Assembly: GCF_009914755.1 (NCBI RefSeq)
Contig: NC_060925.1
Source of the DNA: the human T2T-CHM13v2.0 reference genome, Homo sapiens
Strand: one strand, 5' to 3'
Length of the DNA stretch: 64,000 nt
Shown here: positions 13,265 to 27,140 of the stretch, in pieces
Layout of the letters: every line of letters begins with the position of its first letter
Numbering within the stretch: the stretch's first letter is position 1
Translations under genes and position numbers: made by a program
The notes under the pieces: generated by a model
Told to the model about the DNA's origin: nothing
The model's input: the letters and a program-made list of their open reading frames with translations, nothing else
Databases searched by the model: none

Positions 13265-13870
13265 TGTTCATTGATTCCCTCAACACATATTTAATCAGTA
13301 TCTAGTGGATATGAGAAATTGTGCTAGGATAAGAAAAGAAGTGCAGAATTATTTAGGAACATGTAACAGAGATGGAGGACAACACAGGAACTTTCTCGGG
13401 AAAGTGACAGCTAAGCCAAGAGAAGAAATGAGTAACAGCTGGTTGTGATGGCACATGCCTATAATCCCAGCTACTCGGGAGGCTGAGGCAGGAGGATCTC
13501 TTGAGCTCAGGGGTTCAAGGCTGCAGTGAGCTATGATTGTGCCGCTGTACTCCAGCCTGGGTGACAGAGCAAGACTCTGTCTCTGAAAAAAAGAAAAGAG
13601 TAACAGTTTGCCAGCTTGTCCCTTGTCCTGTGTGCATGTGTTTATTGGGGTAGGGAGGTGGATTTGTGAGAGGGGCAGACTGGAGGAGAGACGACTGTTA
13701 CAGGCAGACAGAATGATGTGTGTGAAGGTCTTGATTGTCAAAGAAGCGTGACAAATTTTCAGAGATCAGAGGAGGCTAGTGTGGCCAGAGCATAGAAGGT
13801 AAGCCTGGAAAGACAGGCAGACACTGGATAGTGAAGGACCATATGAGCCAACCTGAGTTTAGACTTCGTC
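13265..13870 (-). mobile_element. L2 fragments
   Basis: TTCATTGATTCCCTCAACACATATTT tail and purine-rich L2 body. Confidence 0.55.
13439..13597 (+). mobile_element. Alu right monomer only (FRAM or truncated AluJ)
   Basis: J-type right arm (GGAGGATC…CAAGGCTGCAGTGAGCTATGAT) flanked by TSD GAGTAACAG. Confidence 0.93.
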
Positions 13871-14124
13871 CAAAGGTCATGTCTGCCCCAGCCCTGTTCA
13901 GGGGCAGTCCCAGGCCCTAGGCTTTGCTAGTGGGAAGCAGGTAAAAGCAGCACTAGCCACTAGCCCCCACTAGCAAGTGGTCAACACATGAGCCTTCTTT
14001 GTGGCTATAGTAATCAGTTCTTTCTTCTTTGTGGCTATAGTAATCACAGTTAAGGGTGGGGAAAATGGTTTAATAATAACAGGTGTTGGGGGAGTAGTTA
14101 TAGCTACATATTATTAAAAAGGCC

Positions 14125-14480
14125 AAAGGTAGCTGGCTTCAGGCACAGCTGGATCCAGGGGCTCAAGTCGTGTCATCATGAATCTGTCTCTCTTTTTCTA
14201 GACTCTTTCTTCCTTTGTGTTGGCTTCACTCACAGACAGGCTTTCCCTGAGCCGTAGCAGGTGGCCATGAGAAGCTCCAGACTTATGTTCTATAAACCTT
14301 GGGCCAGAGGGAAAAATGACAGTCCCAGCAAAGGTCCTAGGAGAACTCTCCTTGGCCCAACTTGGGTGACGTGTTCATCCCTGAATGTATCACAGAGAAC
14401 AAGGGATGCTGTGCTTTAATTGTCAGGCCTGAGTCAGGTGCCCAGCCCTCAGGAGCCTGCAGAGTGAGCCAAGAGAGAAG
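14125..14480 (-). mobile_element. MaLR LTR fragment (MLT1K/L-like)
   Basis: GGCTTCAGGCACAGCTGGATCCAGGGGCTCAA; GGCCTGAGTCAGGTGCCCAGCCC. Confidence 0.65.
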
Positions 14481-14483
14481 GGG

Positions 14484-14876
14484 CGTATTAGTCCATTCTC
14501 ACACTGTTGTAAAGAACTACCTGAGACTGGGCAATGTATGGAGAAAGGAGGTTTAATTGACCCACAGTTCTGCAGGCTGTACAAGAGGCACGGCTGGGAG
14601 GCCTCAGGAAACTTACAATCATGAGGAAGGCGAATGGGAAGCCAGTCTTCCCATGGCAGAGCAGGAGAGAGAGAAAGAGAGTGAAGGGGGAGTGCTACAC
14701 ACTTTTAAACAACCAGATTTCATGAGAACTCTATCTCAAGACAGCACCAGGGGGATGGTGCCAAACCATTAGAAACCACCACCATGATCTAATCACCTTC
14801 CACCAGGACCCTCCCACAACACTGGGGATTACAGTTCAACATGAGAGTTGGGTGGGGACATAGCCAAACCATATCA
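14484..14876 (-). mobile_element. MaLR solo LTR (MSTA/THE1D-like), complete
   Basis: GTATTAGTCCATTCTCAC … CCTCAGGAAACTTACAATCATG … CCAAACCATATCA; approximate 5-bp TSD AGGGG/AGGGA. Confidence 0.92.
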
Positions 14877-15030
14877 AGGGAGAAATGTGGATGCTGTCAT
14901 GTTCAGGTGGACTGAGCACCAGGCAGTCCCTGCAGCCTCATTCTTACCTCACCCATCAATGTCAGGATGTGCCTGTTCCCCCAGCTCCAGCCCTTCTCTA
15001 CCTCTTCATGCTGTGCATCCCATCTGATGA

Positions 15031-15261
<231 letters not shown>

Positions 15262-15353
15262 TGATGGATCACAGAGAAAACCCTCGGTTGTCCTCCACCC
15301 AGGATGGAACTGCTTCTAACTGTTCTGGAGAATTCCTGGCAATCCCAGTTCCT

Positions 15354-15383
15354 CTGCTGCTGCTGCTGCTGCTGCTTCTGCTG
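15354..15383. repeat. (CTG)7 CTT (CTG)2 trinucleotide repeat
   Basis: Directly visible. Confidence 0.95.
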
Positions 15384-15852
15384 CTCCCAAGAAAGTGGGA
15401 CGCCTCCCTTCCTGTACTCTTCCCTTCCCTGACCTGGCAGAGCCCAGCCAACAGCATTGGTCAGTTCTGCCTTTGATAAAGAAAAATGTCGAAGTTTCCC
15501 TCTGTCACATAAAATGAAGATGTGGGTGCTGTGTGTTGCTTTCCGTTCAGCAGTTTCTCAGCGGCCTGGCCAGCACACCACCATGAAGGCATTGATTTAT
15601 TCCATCTAATACACAGCACTGCTTATTAGTGCTCTCAATCTGACAAGAAATATTGAGCCTACCGCCGAGGTTTTACAAAAATATGAATACATCCCTATCT
15701 GGACTCTGAGCTAAGAGAGCATTTTGCCCACTGAATGGGAAACCGAGACAGGGAAATGACAAGCGACTGTGCTGAGGCTCGGGTGGGCCCTGCTTGTCCT
15801 TCATTGCCTCCTCCAGCTTATCTTGCCTGGACGCCTCCTCTGAAATCCTCAC

Positions 15853-16500
<648 letters not shown>

Positions 16501-16521
16501 TCTTGGATCTAGGGTCTAGGC

Positions 16522-16742
16522 TAAGGGTGTCCAAAATCTTTTGGCTTCCCTGGGCCACACTGGAAGAAGAATTGTCTTGGGCCACACATAAGATACACTA
16601 ACACTGACGATAGCTGATGAGCTAAAAAGAGAAAGAAAGAAAATCACAATGCCCTAAAAAAGTTTACAAATTCGTATCGGGCTGCATTCAAAGCCATCCT
16701 GGGCTAATGCACAGCCCACGTGCCCTGGGTTGGACAAGTATG
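16522..16742 (+). mobile_element. MER30 hAT-Charlie MITE
   Basis: GGGTGTCCAA…TCTTTTGGCTTCCCTGGGCCACAC…GATAGCTGATGAGCT…GGGTTGGACAAG; flanked by GTCTAGGC / GTCTAGAC. Confidence 0.9.
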
Positions 16743-16750
16743 GTCTAGAC

Positions 16751-17128
16751 CAATCCCGCCACTTGATTCTGCCTGGCCCACAACCTAAGAATGCTATTCA
16801 CACATTTAAATGGTTGAAAAAAAACAAAGGAAGAGCAATATATCATGACCTGTGAAAGTTACATGAAATTCACGTTTCAGTGTCCATAAAGACTTATTGG
16901 AACCCAAGCGTGCTCATTCCTTTAGGGCTTGTCGAAGGCCGCTTTTGTGCTACAGTGGCAGAGTTGAATAGTCAAGGTGGACTATATGGCTTGCACAGCT
17001 GAAAAGATATTTATTCATCTAAAATTTTATTTTAAAAATTGATAATGAATAATTTACTTAATCATAAATAAAAGATAAAATTAATATTCTATTTACTCAT
17101 CTTTATAGAAGAAGCTTGCCAACCCCTG
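16751..17128 (+). mobile_element. MER58B-like hAT-Charlie element
   Basis: ATGAAATTCACGTTTCAGTGTCCATAAA; GCTACAGTGGCAGAGTTGAATAGT; end TTGCCAACCCCTG followed by GTCTAGAC. Confidence 0.85.
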
Positions 17129-17308
17129 GTCTAGACTGTGTAGCCAGTGAGATGCCTCAGTCGAGTGCCCATCCTTGGAGTGGGTTGAGGCAGAGGGAGT
17201 GAACCACTCACCGAGTTGGACCATGGCGTGACAGTGGCAGTGGGTTTCTAGCAGACAGCAGGTATCCATGCTGGACAGAAAGAACAATGAGTGTCCATGC
17301 CCCCCCAC

Positions 17309-17590
17309 TGTCTTGGGCTGGGATCTCCTAGAAACAGACCCTGAAACAAATGTGTGAGTACTTGACCTTTATGCAGGAGGGCATCCCTGGGAGCACTGGT
17401 GTGTGTGTGGGCAGCAGAATGGGAGTGAGACAGGGAAGGAAAGGGGAGGGGAAGGAAAGAAGTCAATATAGGGTACATTGTTGAGCAGTCACCACAAGGG
17501 TTCAATCCTGCTGGGTGTCTCAGTGTGGAGCACACCCCTCAGATATCCCGCCAAGGGGCAGGGAAAGTAGGGTATCCGTCCTCTACCCCC
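17309..17590 (-). mobile_element. Old ERVL/MaLR LTR fragment (subfamily uncertain)
   Basis: TGTCTTGGGCTGGGATCTCCTAGAAACAGACCCTGA…GGGAGTGAGACAGGGAAGG. Confidence 0.55.
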
Positions 17591-17979
17591 CCCAGGCCCT
17601 CATCATAAGCATATGGGTTCTGTCTTTTCTGGGTGATTGTGAGGCAGCCCCTTTTTCCATCTCCTGTGCAGTGAGGATTTCATGAAGTCTTGTTGATGTA
17701 CAGGTGCCCGGGGGAAAGCATGAGTGGTGACCAGGAGCCTGAAGATGAGAGCTCTCTTGTTCCTCGTCCCGGAACCCTTGCTAATAGACCCTGGAGCCAG
17801 GTGTTGCCGCTCCAAGGCTCTGATGACATCCATGCTTCACCAGCAGGTGGTGGCCGCCTCGTTCAGTTCATACAACCTGAAATTCGGGTTTGCCAGAATG
17901 TTGGTGTCTAAGAGCCGAGAATGTCATCAACCACAGTTCTTTTGTTACCACACAAAAGGACTCTGCTGTCCTCCCAAGT

Positions 17980-17983
<4 letters not shown>

Positions 17984-18024
<41 letters not shown>

Positions 18025-18042
18025 ACACATACATACATATAT
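17984..18042. repeat. (CA)n/(TACA)n microsatellite in an Alu tail
   Basis: Directly visible. Confidence 0.95.
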
Positions 18043-18044
18043 AT

Positions 18045-18670
<626 letters not shown>

Positions 18671-18817
18671 GAAACAACATCATTTTAAAATTAGCATTAT
18701 GTGCTCGACAAATTTGTATCGAGTAACTTGCACCAGGCACTGGAAATATAAGAGTGGAAAGAAAAAAGAAAAACAGTCAAAAATTCCTACCCTGATGGAG
18801 CTTGGAGCCTAGGGGAA

Positions 18818-18848
18818 TTATTAGTATTAGTATTAGTATTAGTATTAT
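18818..18848. repeat. (TATTAG)n hexamer repeat
   Basis: TATTAGTATTAGTATTAGTATTAGTATTA. Confidence 0.9.
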
Positions 18849-19499
18849 ATAATGATGAAATAGTGGCTATTGTTATAACACTGAGTCTGGATTCAGTAGA
18901 TTTAAAGTGCTGGTTTGGGGCACTCTCCCATTTTAAATGACTTTTCTGCTGCAGAAGACTTCTTTAGCTAGACCACCCGCTAAAAAAAGAGTAGGTTCCC
19001 TAATGGTTTTATGTGTTTCTGTGTTCAGTTAAAGCAGGCTTATTTTGGCAAGCAGGCTTTGAAACAGTTTGTCATAAGCAGATTGAGTGCATGGCATTAA
19101 TTCATTAGAAATGCCCATCCCGCCAGCGGGATCAGAGTTTCTTGATCCCTCCCCGAGAGGTATTGTAATTCCTATCAACTGTGATCATAGAATTTTCTAC
19201 CTGTCTTTGTATCTGCTTTGCCCTGTGGTCACCAAAGACATATGTTGCCTTAAAGGGCAGTGAGGAAGGATGATGGCATCTGTGACAAGCTCTAAATTGA
19301 AGAAAAATTAAAATTGGCTGTAAAGTTTCAGGGTTACTGCAGAGCAAATTCAAAAAGAGGGACAGAATGAGAGATGGGCTACAGCTCCAGAGAGTGTTTC
19401 TTGTACCCCGTAGGCAGAGCCAGAGAAAACCTGACGAGAAGGGGGTGGGGGCCGCAATCTGAGTGTCTCTCCTGGAGCCTGATTGGAACACGGGATCAA

Positions 19500-19690
19500 C
19501 CATGAGGTGCATTATGTTACTCACTCTGCACAACAGCCCCAGTAAAGTTATGGATAGTCTCATTGTCACGGGAGGAAACTGAAGCGCGGAAGTTAAATAA
19601 CTGGCCCCAAATTGCACCGTAATAGAAGAGGCAGAGCTGGGATTTGAACCCAGACCTCTATGTTAATAGTGCGTTCCAAGAGCCACTTGT
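19500..19690 (-). mobile_element. MIR
   Basis: GGAGGAAACTGAAG…GGCAGAGCTGGGATTTGAACCCAG. Confidence 0.85.
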
Positions 19691-21202
19691 CACTGGAAGG
19701 GAAATGGGAGCTGTGCTTCCAGGGCCCCTTTTGTCCCTGTAACACCATCTCCTGCCTCCACCACCCGTAGCCCTTGGCCTGGACTCTTTCCCTGGCTCCT
19801 ATCCGGGAAACACCTCCCACCCCCGCCCCCTGACAGCTCCCAGGAGTCCCCTTCCTCCTTGACATTGAGGTTTGAGGGGCACCAATGTGTAACACTCCAA
19901 TTTTCCCTGCTGACTCATAACCCAGTGAGACTGAAAACAAAAGTCAGCAGATGCAGGCCAAAATGTTACCTCTATTGCTGGTAACAGCTGGGTTGGAGAT
20001 AGAAGAATGGGGATCTCATTAGGCAAACAGACCCTTGTGGGCCAGTTGGATGACAGCAGGCCCCTGAGCCCCTCCGCCCCGCTAGCAGGAGACCTGACCT
20101 GTAAGTTTTACAGAAAGTGTGCTTCCTGCAGGCAACTGGCTCCTGAGAGAAGAGGGGACAGAAGCTGAAGCCTGCATGCCCACCTCCCCTCTGGTGCTCG
20201 CTAAAGACTCCAGGTCCCCTGGGCAGGACAGAGAGAGGGTGGAGAGAAGCCAGGAGGGACATAAGCCAGAGGACAGGAAGTTTCTGGTCCAGGTCCCCAG
20301 GTCCCAAGCCCCAGATTTTAAGCCTGAACTCAAAGCCGCACCTCTGTGTCTCTTACCTGACAGACTGGGGAGTGGGTGGGACGAGCTCCAGCCTCCTCCC
20401 TCACTGCCCCAAGCAGCTGCCCCTTTGGCTTCTGAGGGTTTTGTTGCGAGTGGCAAGTGGGAGCCACCAGATGTTCCACCGCTAAAGAGTGACAGAGGTT
20501 CCAGGTTCTGACCCTCCAACTCCTCATCCCAACTCTGAAGCTTCATTCAACTTGACGGAAGCTCATCTGGGCCCACGCCTCCTCTTTCCAGACCCACTTT
20601 GGTCTCTTCCTCTCTTGAGCATCCCCGAGGCCTGAGAAGTCAGGTCAGGTGAAACCTCAGGCTCCCCAACTCCCACCTCCTGCTCCCCAGCCACCTCCAC
20701 CCAAGCCAAGTCCTGCACGATGTGGGGAGGGAAATGGAGAGGGGGTGTCTCAGCATGGATTCCCCCACGCCTTGCCTCTCTTTAAAATTTTTCATTATAT
20801 TCTATTTAATATATTTTAAAGACCTCCATCAATGAATTTGAAAGTTTTAAAATATAATACTTTTAAATGGCACTCTTAGACCCATCATCTCCCCAAAGTA
20901 CTTGAAACTAATGAGCCCTGCTGAGGCCACCTGCAGGTGCTTCCCGTCCACTCCTCCGCCCCCAGGTAACCGCCTTCCTGAATTCTGTCTTTCTAAAAGC
21001 TGCTTTGATCTAATTACACAGCAGTTCTGTCCTGAATGTTGTCTTTCTCATTTCTTTGCTTGTTTTTTTAAAGTTTTGCTGTGTGTTTATAAATCTCTAG
21101 ATAATTATTTAATTTTTTAAAAAATTTTTAGAAAGATCTCATAGGTAGGCTCTTGCTTCTTGCTTTCTTCATTTATCATTATGGTGCTAAAATACATCCC
21201 TG

Positions 21203-21508
<306 letters not shown>

Positions 21509-21560
21509 CATACCTGTTGTTTTATGTCAGTGTAGTTCATTCATTCCCATAGCTGTATAA

Positions 21561-21863
21561 TTTTTTTTTTTTTTTTTTTGAGACAGGGTCTTGCTCTGTC
21601 ACCCAGGCTGGAGTGCAATAGCGCAATCATAGCTCACTGCAGCCTCAACCTCCTAGGCTCAAGAGATCCTCCCACCTCAGCCTCCTGAGTAGCTGGCAGA
21701 TAGGCATGTGCCACCACCCCTGGATAATTATTATTATTATTATTATTATTTTTAGAGACAAGCCTGTTGCCCTGGCTGGTCTTGAACTCCTGGATTCGAG
21801 CAATCCCTCTACCTCAGCCTCTCAAAGTGCTGGGATTACAGGCGTGAGCCATGGCACCTGGCT
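21561..21863 (-). mobile_element. Alu (AluJ)
   Basis: CATAGCTCACTGCAGCCTCAACCTCC; (ATT)n middle linker. Confidence 0.95.
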
Positions 21864-21968
21864 CATATTCTTTTGTGTGAATATAAAACGGTTTATTTAA
21901 CCATTCTACCTCTGATGGACCATGGAGCTATATTTGGGGTGGTGGAGGGTAATCATAAACAATGCTGC

Positions 21969-22346
21969 TGTCTTAGTCCCTTTGTGCTAAATGGACTGAG
22001 ACTGGATGATTTATAAAGAAGAACAGGAACTTATTTCTGACAGTTCTGGAGGCTGGGAAGTCCAAGATCAAGGCACTGGAAGGTTCTGTTGTCTGGTGAG
22101 AGCTGCTGCCTTCTTCCAAGATGGCGCCTTGGGGCTGTACCCTCCGGAGGGGACCAATGCTGCACCCTCACGTGGAGGAAGGGATGGAAGGGCAAAAGAG
22201 CTGTGGCTGTGTGAAGTCTCTTTTCTAAAGACCTTAATCCCATTCACAAGGGAGGAGCCCTCATGACCTAATCACTTCCTGAAGGCCCTACCGCTGTATA
22301 CTATCACATTGATAAGTTTCAACATATGAAATTTAAGATCATAGCA
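21969..22346 (-). mobile_element. MaLR solo LTR (MLT1A-like)
   Basis: TGTCTTAGTCC…CAGTTCTGGAGGCTGGGAAGTCCAAGATCAAGG…CCTCATGACCTAATCAC…CATAGCA. Confidence 0.88.
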
Positions 22347-22624
22347 GCACGTCTGAATGTACTTATCCATGACTTCTGGAATTGCTCTTGGATTTATGGC
22401 TAGGAGTGAAATTGCTGGATTGTGGGGCATGAGATGAACTGGAAAGTCCAAACCTCAGCTGGGAAGAAAGAGCCCCCCACCTGGTCAGTTACCCAGAATC
22501 TTCCCTCTTGCTAACTTTATCTCCTTCTGTTCAGCTTCACAAAACCATGCTCAATTAGGTTCCAAGGTGTGCCTCGGCTCCCCTCTTGATCCCATTCTTT
22601 GGTTGTAAGGTTAGCTTCCTGGTT

Positions 22625-22930
22625 CTTTTTGTTTGTGAGGGGAAGGGGAGACAGAGTCTCATTCTGTCACCCAGCCTGGAGTGCATTGGTGGGATCTCAG
22701 CTCACTGCAAACCTCTGCCTCCCAGGTTCAAGTGATTCTCATGTCTCAGCCTCCTGAGTACCTGGAATTACAGGCGCTTGCCACCACACCTGGCTAATTT
22801 TTGTATTTGTAGTAGAGACAAGGTTTCACTCTATTGGCCCGGCTGATCTTGAACTCCTGACCTCAAATGATCCGCCCACTTTGGCCTCCCCAGATGCTGG
22901 AATTGCAGGTGTGAGCCACCGCACCTGGCC
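22625..22930 (-). mobile_element. Alu (AluS)
   Basis: Reverse dimer with a degraded tail. Confidence 0.95.
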
Positions 22931-23199
22931 CTGATTCTTAAACCTACTCCAGGTTTGCACTTTATCCACCTGGCTTTGAAGAAAAGAGAGAAGGGCAAGC
23001 AGCCCATGCCCCCATAATCAACTCCTGCCAGGGGCATCATAAGAATTCCAGGCTTTAGCACAGTGCATGGAGGGAAGACTTTCAGGCTGCAGAGGTGCTT
23101 CCTAAACCTGCCCTGCCTGTCCTGCCACTTCGGAGCACTAACACTTAGTGTTTCCTTGGTATTATCCCTCAGATGCTTGGAAGAAATGTTCCCATGAGA

Positions 23200-23450
23200 A
23201 GGCTGTGTAGGATAGTGATTAAGACTGCAGTCTCCGGAGTGTTCTGTCTGGGTTCAAATCCTAGCCCCATTCCTTTGCTAGGTGAGAGACTCTAGACAAG
23301 TCCCCCTACCTTCCCTGGCCTCAATTTCCATGAGCTGGGTGTGAGGAAGTTCACTGAGTCACTGTGAGGATTAAGTTAGGGTAATACAAGTCAAACACCT
23401 AGAACAGTACCTGGCATAAACATTCAATAAATGCTAGGGATCATTTTTAA
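23200..23450 (+). mobile_element. MIR, near full length
   Basis: TGGGTTCAAATCCTAGC…GTGAGGATTAA…AGAACAGTACCTGGCATA…CAATAAATGCTAG. Confidence 0.88.
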
Positions 23451-23539
23451 GTAGCATAATAAATGAAGCGCACCCAGAAAAATGTGACCAAAGCAAGCCC
23501 TAAATGAACATGAGCTATTGGTATGATTGTTATCGTTAC

Positions 23540-23805
23540 CAGAAAAACCCCTATTCATCCTTCAAGATCCAACCAAGATATCCTTCCCTGTCTCTCTATT
23601 CTGACGGCATTTGGTGCAGAGCTCATAATCTCATCTATCAGGTTGTGTTTTAATCTACCTGTTTGTGTGTTTGTTATTGTTGTTGCTCTTTCTTCTTCCT
23701 CAGCTAGATTGTATCTTTAAGAACGGGGACTATTTTTCTCTGACTAATCCTCACCCTGACGTCCTTGATGGCCAGCACAGCGTAGATGCTCCATTGATGA
23801 AATGA
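23540..23805 (+). mobile_element. L2 3' fragment
   Basis: CCTATTCATCCTTCAAG…CTAGATTG…CAGCACAG. Confidence 0.55.
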
Positions 23806-24814
23806 AAGACATTGGGGCTTGTATGTCTTAGAGGCACCTCAAGGCTCTGGAGGTGCCTCTAAGTTTGCAGAGCAGGCAATAAAGGGAAACCAGCCTGGCT
23901 GAGTTTCTTCTTTTCTCTGGGTTGCAATAATTCTGGGGGAGGAAGAGCCAAATGGTCTCTGTCCTGCCTTCTGTCCTCTCCAGTACCTTGCCTGTCCCTC
24001 TAGGAGCTCCAGCCAGATGCCAAGATAGGTGCCAACCCACCCCCACCCCGCTATTTTTTCTGACCCTCCCTACCACCTGGCACTGCAGAAAACTGACTTC
24101 CTTCACATTGTGTTGTTCTCATGGGCTGCTTCAGACCACGAATCCCTTTTCATTCTTAATAGAGTCCAGGAGAGGTCTTGCACGGTGATTGCCGATTCAA
24201 GTACGCTCCTCTGCAGAGGTCGATTATTGCTTTTATTTAAATAATAGCCATTGAAATGATTAGATTGCTGGGCGCTGGAAAGTCTGGGGTGGGGGATCTA
24301 ATCACACACAGAATAACTGGCAAATCATCTCATTTCAACCTTTTCTCCCTAATCACGAGCTGCTCCTCCCTTTTTGAGCATTTGGGTGCCCCTGTCCACC
24401 TCTCCAGAATCTATGTCTGTGGGAATACAGGTGCAAGAAAGGAGAGACATTTCGCAAGCACATTAAATATCTCTCAAACATGAACCCAAGGGTGAAGGCT
24501 CTCCTGATGCTCAGAGAAGATTATGCTGCACACTGCCTGCTGAAATCACTCTAGCCTTCGTGGCAGGTGATAGAGGCGCTTTGGGCGTGATCTTCTGAAC
24601 TGTGCTAAGTAAGGGCTGCCATTTGGCGATAAGCTGCCCTCAGAAGTCCAACACTCATCCAGGCAGAAAGAGCGTGGTCATTTAGCCTGGATGCTGCCTC
24701 TTGCAAACTCATCTCTTGTCCACGATGCACCTCAATAGTCCTTGGTGGAGACCCTTCAAATCTATGCAGGGGGTCATATATGTAAGTGTTCATACTGTAA
24801 ACAGAAGGGTAATT

Positions 24815-25100
24815 TATTCATATCTATTGAATGCATGCCTACCATGTGCCAGATACTATTAGGAATGTGAAGTGAATATAGCAATGCCAGGATGCCAGAT
24901 ACCAAAGGCCATAATCACTTTCATATAGATAGTTGATGATGAAGAAAGAGAGAGAGATAAGTGGAAAGATGATAGGTAGATAGGGAAATAATTTAATTCT
25001 GATAGTGTAAGCATGCACACATCTGGGGAAGAACATTCTAAGCATCAACAACAAGTGTAAAGGCTTCAGGTGCAATACATTTGGCACATTTGTGGCACCA
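24815..25100 (-). mobile_element. L2 fragment
   Basis: TATTGAATG…CCTACCATGTGCCAGATACT…GGGAAGAACATTCTAAGCA. Confidence 0.65.
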
Positions 25101-25144
25101 TATGTACTTTTGCAGGCAATTCTGTTAGAAATGGAGCCATAAGC

Positions 25145-25542
<398 letters not shown>

Positions 25543-25809
25543 TTAAAGAGCAGATGGCCATGCACTGGCAGTAGGGTACTGGATGCTAGGGCTAGATACA
25601 CCCCTCCCTTCCCAGCTCTGCACCCAGTGACGTCACATTGGCTTAACATCAGCAGCAGTGGGAGGATCACAACACAGAAACCAGCAGATGCTGCAAAGCA
25701 GGACTTTGTATTTTCCTTTCTTCTCTTTTTTTCCTTGAGAGCCATTTTTTTGTACCACTGACATCAAGGCCTCCCTGGGAATGAATGAATGCACCAGGCA
25801 ATGGATCGG

Positions 25810-26270
25810 ACCTGCCTGATTATCTATCTCATTTCATCTTTTCTACTCATCTCTGTTCATCCTGTTCTAGCCACTCCAGCATCCTGACTGATACTCATCC
25901 AGGCTAGCTGTGCTCCTGCCTTCAGGCTTTTGTGCTGGCTGTTCCTTTTCCCCACACACATTGCAGGCCTAACTCTCTAACCTCCTTCAGGGCTTTGCTG
26001 GGATGTGCCCTTATCAGTGAGTCCTTCCCTAACTGCAGCTTCCAACCACAGCACTTCTTGTCCCCCTCCCTGCTCTCTTTCTCACTTATGCTATCTTTTG
26101 CTGATTTGTCTTTGTTATTCTCTACCTCAGCCCAACCCCCACTAGAATGTAACCATCCAAGAGAAAATGGGGATTTTCATGTTTTGTTCACTCTTTTATA
26201 CCCAGCACTTTAAACCATGCCTGGCACATAATAGGTGGTCATTCATTTTTTGTTGAATGCATGAATGAAT
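25810..26270 (+). mobile_element. L2 (L2a-like) 3' end
   Basis: CCCCCACTAGAATGTAA…CCTGGCACATAATAGG…TGTTGAATGCATGAATGAAT. Confidence 0.85.
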
Positions 26271-26719
26271 GGCCTGGTCTGTTTTCTCTTTTCCCTCTGG
26301 TGGATCCATATCTGTGGTAGTGTCTCTTATTTCTAGAACAGTAATAGACACGCAGGATCAAGCAGGCCTTGCTACCCAGGAGAAAACCAAGGTAGCACGA
26401 TGAGAAGACTGAGGGTCTTGCCTGGAGCCAATGTCAGTCCATGGCACTGCAGGGAGGCCCTGGGCAGGGGCATTCTCTCCTGTTGCGTTAGCTATCAGCC
26501 CTGTGAAGCCCTCGTTGTCCTACATCATCGAGTGAAATATTCCCACCAGAGTGTTTATATTTAAAAGTCATTGCACTGAATGGAATTGACATCTGTTTAC
26601 ATTACATTGCCATTACTCATTTCCATGTACAATGTTTGCCTTCATGCTGCAGTATCATTTTAGGACATGTTACAAGGAAGGATTAGAGGAGCAGTACAAT
26701 TTGCAAGGGGATTTTCTTT

Positions 26720-27140
26720 TTCTTTGTGCTTGTTCTTATTTTTTAATTTTTACTTTTATTAAAGTAATACATGCACATAATTTCAAAATCAAAGAGTAGT
26801 AAAAGGCTTATAATGGAAAATGATGGTCCTATGGCCACCCTTCTCCTCCTTCAATTCCAGCTCCCTGGAGTCAAGGACTTCCCACAGTTTTAACTGGGGT
26901 TTTTGTTGCTCCTTGTCTCCATAATGTGATGTGATTGGTATATTGCTGTTTCTCGGCTTACCCAAGAAACATCTCTTATAGACATTATCTCTTGATGTTC
27001 TGTGATGGTGGATGAAACTTGAGCTCTCTTTGGCCCCCTCCCTCCCCAGTCTTCCCAATACAGTTGCATCACATTTCCTAGTTTCAGTGGCTGGCCAGTG
27101 CTGGTATTTATTAAAACCACATTCACTGTAGAGCCAGGAA
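26720..27140 (-). mobile_element. Old L1 (L1ME-type) fragment
   Basis: TTATTAAAGTAATACATGCACAT…AAAAGGCTTATAATG. Confidence 0.5.

Noticed and set aside
15354-15383. CTG repeat as a disease-type expansion or polyLeu exon
   Set aside because: Only 7 pure units, interrupted, with no exon context.
25627-25636. Perfect CRE palindrome GTGACGTCAC
   Set aside because: An isolated site with no promoter context; one occurrence in 64 kb is too weak alone.
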